The notes under the pieces: model-generated
What the model was told of the DNA's origin: nothing
The model's input: only the letters and a program-made list of their open reading frames with translations
Databases searched by the model: none
Source: Tricharina praecox
Lineage: Eukaryota
NCBI RefSeq assembly: GCF_024521635.1
Contig: NW_026250406.1
Span: forward strand, 372,001 to 436,000
Direction: 5' to 3'
DNA length: 64,000 bases
In this document: one piece after another, positions 59,294-64,000 of the stretch
Numbering within the stretch: the stretch's first letter is position 1
Layout: the number at the start of each line of letters is the position of its first letter
Translations under genes and position numbers: made by a program

Positions 59294-60125
59294 ATGTCAC
59301 GACGAACATCATCACCACTGCCATCGACCCTCGTGGCCATCACCCTCCTCCTCCTCGTGTCGCTACAAACCGTCTCGGCACACTTCCAGATTGTGTATCC
59401 AGCATGGCGAGGCAACACATTACAGAACGACATGCAATGGGAATATCCATGTTTGTCTTTCCTCCCCTCCCCATTCACGCACCCTCCTGTCCATTCACCT
59501 CACCTCCCCATTCACCACCCCCCATTCACACTTACTAACACCCTCCAGGCGGTGGACAGCGACTCACAACGAACCGCACCAAATGGCCCATCGACGGCGG
59601 CTCGCTCTCCATCATTCCCGGCTGGAATTCGGGCCATCCGACGTCGTTCTTCTACGTCAACATGGGCTTCGGCACGCAGCCGCCCAACATGACCAACGTG
59701 ATCGTGCCGGTATTCCAGATCACGGGTCCCAGCCGAGACCCCTTCCCGGGACAATTCTGCTTCCCCGACCTCCCGCTGCCAAAGAACGCCTCCGTCCAGG
59801 TTGGCGACAACGCGACGCTGCAGGTTATCCAGGTTGCGCTGCACGGCGCTAGTCTCTACAACGTATGTCTCCTCTCCTCTCCTTCTCTCCTCTCCTCTCC
59901 GCGAACAATGGCTAACGAATGAACGAACTGCAGTGCGCCGATATCACGTTCGTCGAGCGCGGCGAGGAGGACCCCATGCCCGAGGGCATGTGCACGAACT
60001 CGAGCACCATCGGCTTCAACCTCGTGTACTCGACCACATCGGACGCGTTCCGCACCGCCATCGTCGTGCCCAGCATCATCAGCTTCGTCACGGCGCTGTC
60101 GGTGCTGTCGCACTGGATCCTCTAG
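59294..60125 (+). CDS. GPI-anchored BIM1/X325-like copper-binding protein (exons 59294-59450, 59549-59862, 59934-60125)
   Basis: Signal peptide followed by His1 (SA|HFQIVYPAWRG). QWEYPCGG, GDNATLQV and LYNCADITF motifs. Hydrophobic C-terminus. Canonical introns. Confidence 0.88.
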
Positions 60126-61782
60126 ATCTTGCCGCTACCACGCGATTTTCTTTTTGTTGGGGAGGGGCAGGCACGGTTGTATATACAAAATAGCGGGCGG
60201 CGGACGGAAGCGGGAAGCGGGATGCGATCGACTGATCAACAGCTCTTTCATCCGGTTCTTTGTGTATATCTTTTTTCCTTTCTCTTTTTTTTCTTATTCT
60301 CTTTTTTCTGTTGAATCAGGATCCAGGCGACGATGTTTAGGGGGTTGTGTTGGGTGGGGTGTGCACTGTGTCGAGCGGAGCGGAGGCGAGCGGGTGGTTT
60401 CCTATGTACACGTCTACTTTGTGGGTTTTATTTGGCATACGGAGTTTATTTTGATTTTTTGATTTCCTAGGTACTCTACTTTCTGGCAATAGTTTCTCTA
60501 AATACGGTTGGGACGGGGACGGGGAAGCGGAGGTTGCGGGCGACGAATGGAATGGAATCGAAGGGAATCGGTGTAATTTATCATGATTGTCATTGTCATT
60601 GTCATTGTCGTCATGAGTGAACGGTGTGAGTGAATGGTGTGAAACAGTGGAACAGTGATTGCAGGATGGAGGCGGAGGTGGAGGCGGAGGTTGGTAGGAC
60701 GGACGGGATGAGAATGGATGGATGGACGGATGGTATGGATGTATGGTAATCCGCCATGCCATCATCACCGCAAATAGTAGATGCAATGCGGCGGGATTCG
60801 ACAGATCACAGATTCACAGTATGTATCTACATACCGGCAGTACATACCCTTCAAGAATCATGACCATGGGACGGGCTGTTTGAGTACCCACAGCGCACAT
60901 GCAAGACTGACTCGCGAGTCGCGACTCGGGGTCCTGTATATAGTGTAGACTCAGTAGAGTAACCAGAGCGTATGATATCACATTCCATCGTTTCCATCGT
61001 TTCCATCGCAGTAAGCAAGCACCTGGCACCTGGCACTTGTATGTAGGTATGCGGTACAGGTATATGCGGTAACTACAGGACCGTGTCAACACCCCACACT
61101 GCCTTTCAAGTTTCAAGTTTCGGCTCGACAGTCGATGTCGTCTAATACCTATAAACGTATAGAAAGGACAAACAAGTGCGACAGAGAAGGGAGTGCAAGA
61201 TACTCACCTACTGGACAGTGGTCGACAGTACTACCTAGTAGGTAGGTCGATCGTGTGGCCGACACTTTTCTTTCTTTCTTTCGTTCCATGCAGCTCACTG
61301 CGGTGTACTCTAGTTATGACCGTATCACTGTCCCCAATCCACCCAATCCAATCCAACGAGTCGACTACGCCTTACAGCTGTGCCTTGCTTGCGCGTCCTC
61401 CTCCTCCGTGGGCCACTGGCCAGTATGCGGGGTAATCACCACTCGCCATCGTCATCGTTATCGTTTCTGCGGGGACGGGGAGACGAGGCTTGATCGTCGC
61501 GACTCGCTCACGACTCGCGAGCGATCGGCTTGTGAGTTCTGGTGCTGACTGGATGACTGGCTGACTGGCTGACAGGACAGGACTGGCTGACAGCGGCGAT
61601 TCGTTGGAGAGCACGGAGAGCACGGAGGCCCAGGGAGCACGGAGGAACCGGATTTCTGGTGGAGGTGGAGAATGGATCCCCACTCACTCACTCGCGTTCG
61701 TGAAAGTTGAAACTTGAAACGAACGCTAGGTTTTGGGAGGGGCTCCGTGATGCGCTGGCCTCGAGAATCGAGATACCGTACG

Positions 61783-61827
61783 GGAGTGGAGAGCTTAGGA
61801 GTGGAGAGCTTGGGAGTGGAGAGCTGG
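61783..61827. repeat. 15-bp tandem repeat x3
   Basis: GGAGTGGAGAGCTT-based unit three times. Confidence 0.8.
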
Positions 61828-64000
61828 CTATGATACCTACTGCAGAGTACTAGTAGTCTACTCGCCACGGTCGATTCTTCTTCTCCTCCTCCTCCTCCTC
61901 CTCCTCCTGTTTCTCGTCCTCTTCTCCACTGCTTCTCGGCCCCCGCCCTAAACTCTACATAGTGCCCGCCAACCAACGGGAGATCGATGAAGCGGTCCGA
62001 CTCTGACGATCACTGCCCTTCACTTCAAAATTCAAGCTTCTCCCTCTCCACAGTTCACGGTTCACAGTTCAGCCCCGATTGGTTATCTAGGTTAGGCTGT
62101 GGTCACTGGTGTGTAGCCAATAATAGCATCGACTATTATCTAACCGGTTATGGCCCTAGATCGTTGAAAGTTAGCCCGCGCCCGCGCCCGGGATCGCGGA
62201 GCCTGGCCGCTGGAGCTTGGACTGACGCATGTTTACAGTTTACAGATTACTGATTACTCTGGCAGCTGGACGTGAAGACTGGAGGATGGGGGAGCACTGA
62301 CTTGGGATGTTGGAAGTTGTCGATGCGCAGAGTTCGTTTCACTGCCGTGGTGATGGTGAGGAGGGGTGCGAAGATAGTCGTATGATCGGGATTCGGGACT
62401 CGGCCGACGGCGCGGCAGGTGCATATATACGAGATGTATATTTATCCACAAGGACCGTTGCATCGTCGTTGCATCTGAAATCGTCGACTTGGAACTTAGA
62501 AGTTAGAAGTTACGACTGCACTCTGCCAACTTCCAAGTGCGTGGTGACACCGTGCAACGGCAGAGTGAGAGACCTTGAATCCAACTGCTGGCACTGCAGT
62601 CTGCGTGCCCGACTCCCCGTCTCCTCGCCAAAGTTCAAACCACCAAACCACCAATGTTTGTTTCGAAGAATCGATATATGATATCTCACATCACGGATGC
62701 GAGCCAAGTCGATAGGTACATAAGGTACCTCGATCCCACCACGCGCGATAGGGCTGATACCTGGGGTACCATCATTTGAGTGTGCACTGTGCGCTGATCC
62801 TGATATCGAGCAGATTGTGCTTCTGGCCTTCGGGCTTGGTTTCCACGGTCTAGAGTCCAGACTCCAGGCGCAGGTGAAAACAACAATGCCACGGTAGCGG
62901 AGGCCTGCGGCTCGGGCTCGGCGCCATGGCACCGGAATCGGCAGCAAGTCCAAGTCCAGTGATGGATGGTGCATCTCCAGGTACCGAGCTGCACCCGACT
63001 CCACTCCACCCCGACTATCGGTACATAGTACTCGACGGTCGAAGAGCCAGGGCTGATGCACGTGCCCGCCCCGCCGTCCAGTATCTACAGCTGCACGAGA
63101 TAGAGTTGTGCACGAGGTAACTACCGACGACGGTAGCCAGCATCACCGGCATGACATCACAGACATCACGGTGTACTCTACGTGTGGAAGAGATTAAACT
63201 CGAGTCTTGGCTAACTTTAACATTAACTTTAAGATTAACTTTAACGGGCGACTGCGGAGCAGAGGCGAAAGACTCGTCACTCGGCGCTTCGGCCTTCAAA
63301 GTTTAGGCTTCGGTAGGCTGCGGCGTCCACTGCGCGGTATCGTAGCCGAGCACACCGGCCGTGCGTCCAGTGAACCGAACTACGGGGAATGATGAATCAG
63401 CTTTCAGGTCGTCGGGGAAAGGGAGTTCCCCTTGGTCCTTGATCCGGCGCTGGAGGATCTGGCGGATGGGACGAACTGTCTGCCGGCGGAGGGACGGATT
63501 CCGGCTCTGATGGCCTGCCGTCCATGCCCTGGCGGGCTGGGATATCTCTAGCATAGAGTTACTTCTCCAGCCCGACGCGATGACTTCAAAGTTCCAGCGT
63601 CTCCAATTTGCAGCATCCATGATCCAAGATCCATCGTCCAATCCTTTTTGGCGGCGGCAATCCGTCCGGTGAAGGGTTGCTCGCTTTTTTTGCTGACGAG
63701 ATGACATGTTAGTTATCGCTGATCTGCAATGTTACCGCATGGTTGAGCAGTTCCGTCTCCCGTGCCCCAACAGGCACAATTTCCGGCCCCATGATCCCGC
63801 ATGATCCCGCATGAACATGCCCAACCAGCATTACTCCGCAACGTCAAACGTTGAGGGGGAGGCGAGGGCGCACGAGGAGCGGATCCCTTGCACGAAGCAT
63901 CGGAGCATGAAGGTGTTTCGTTTCCAAATTCCAACGCTCGACATGCAAGTTTGTGGACCAGTCATCGCAGACGACGATCCACCAGGATTCGCGAACTCGG

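Noticed and set aside
60130..64000. Short ORFs in the last 4 kb
   Set aside because: Microsatellite-rich, intergenic-like sequence. No supported gene model.

Overview
Filamentous ascomycete DNA: GT..CTAAC..AG introns, fungal gene families, no RIP-type decay. 1-28.1 kb is a multi-layer nest of Ty3/Gypsy chromovirus LTR retrotransposons. It contains family A (689-bp LTR), a relative A' (~716-bp LTR), family B (~559-bp LTR) and a 111-bp TG..CA mini-element. One copy (A1, 15553-22921) is intact, with identical LTRs, a TACCA TSD, a -1 slippery site plus candidate pseudoknot, and a Tf1-like self-priming site. The nest also has recombinant junctions and an 830-bp identical tract shared by two inverted, otherwise diverged copies. 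28.1-33.9 kb holds degenerate repeats and a palindromic probable transposon end. 34-60 kb holds genes for two convergent small GPI-type paralogs, a SET protein, a BtgC-like GH17 glucanase, a disordered protein, a membrane protein, a hemerythrin, an aminotransferase-fold protein lacking its catalytic lysine, a kinase relic and a BIM1/X325-like protein. Most striking, six intronless tRNA genes lie among these genes within 17 kb. All are threonine tRNAs and together cover the three standard eukaryotic anticodons (AGT x3, TGT x2, CGT x1). All alignments and counts were done by eye.
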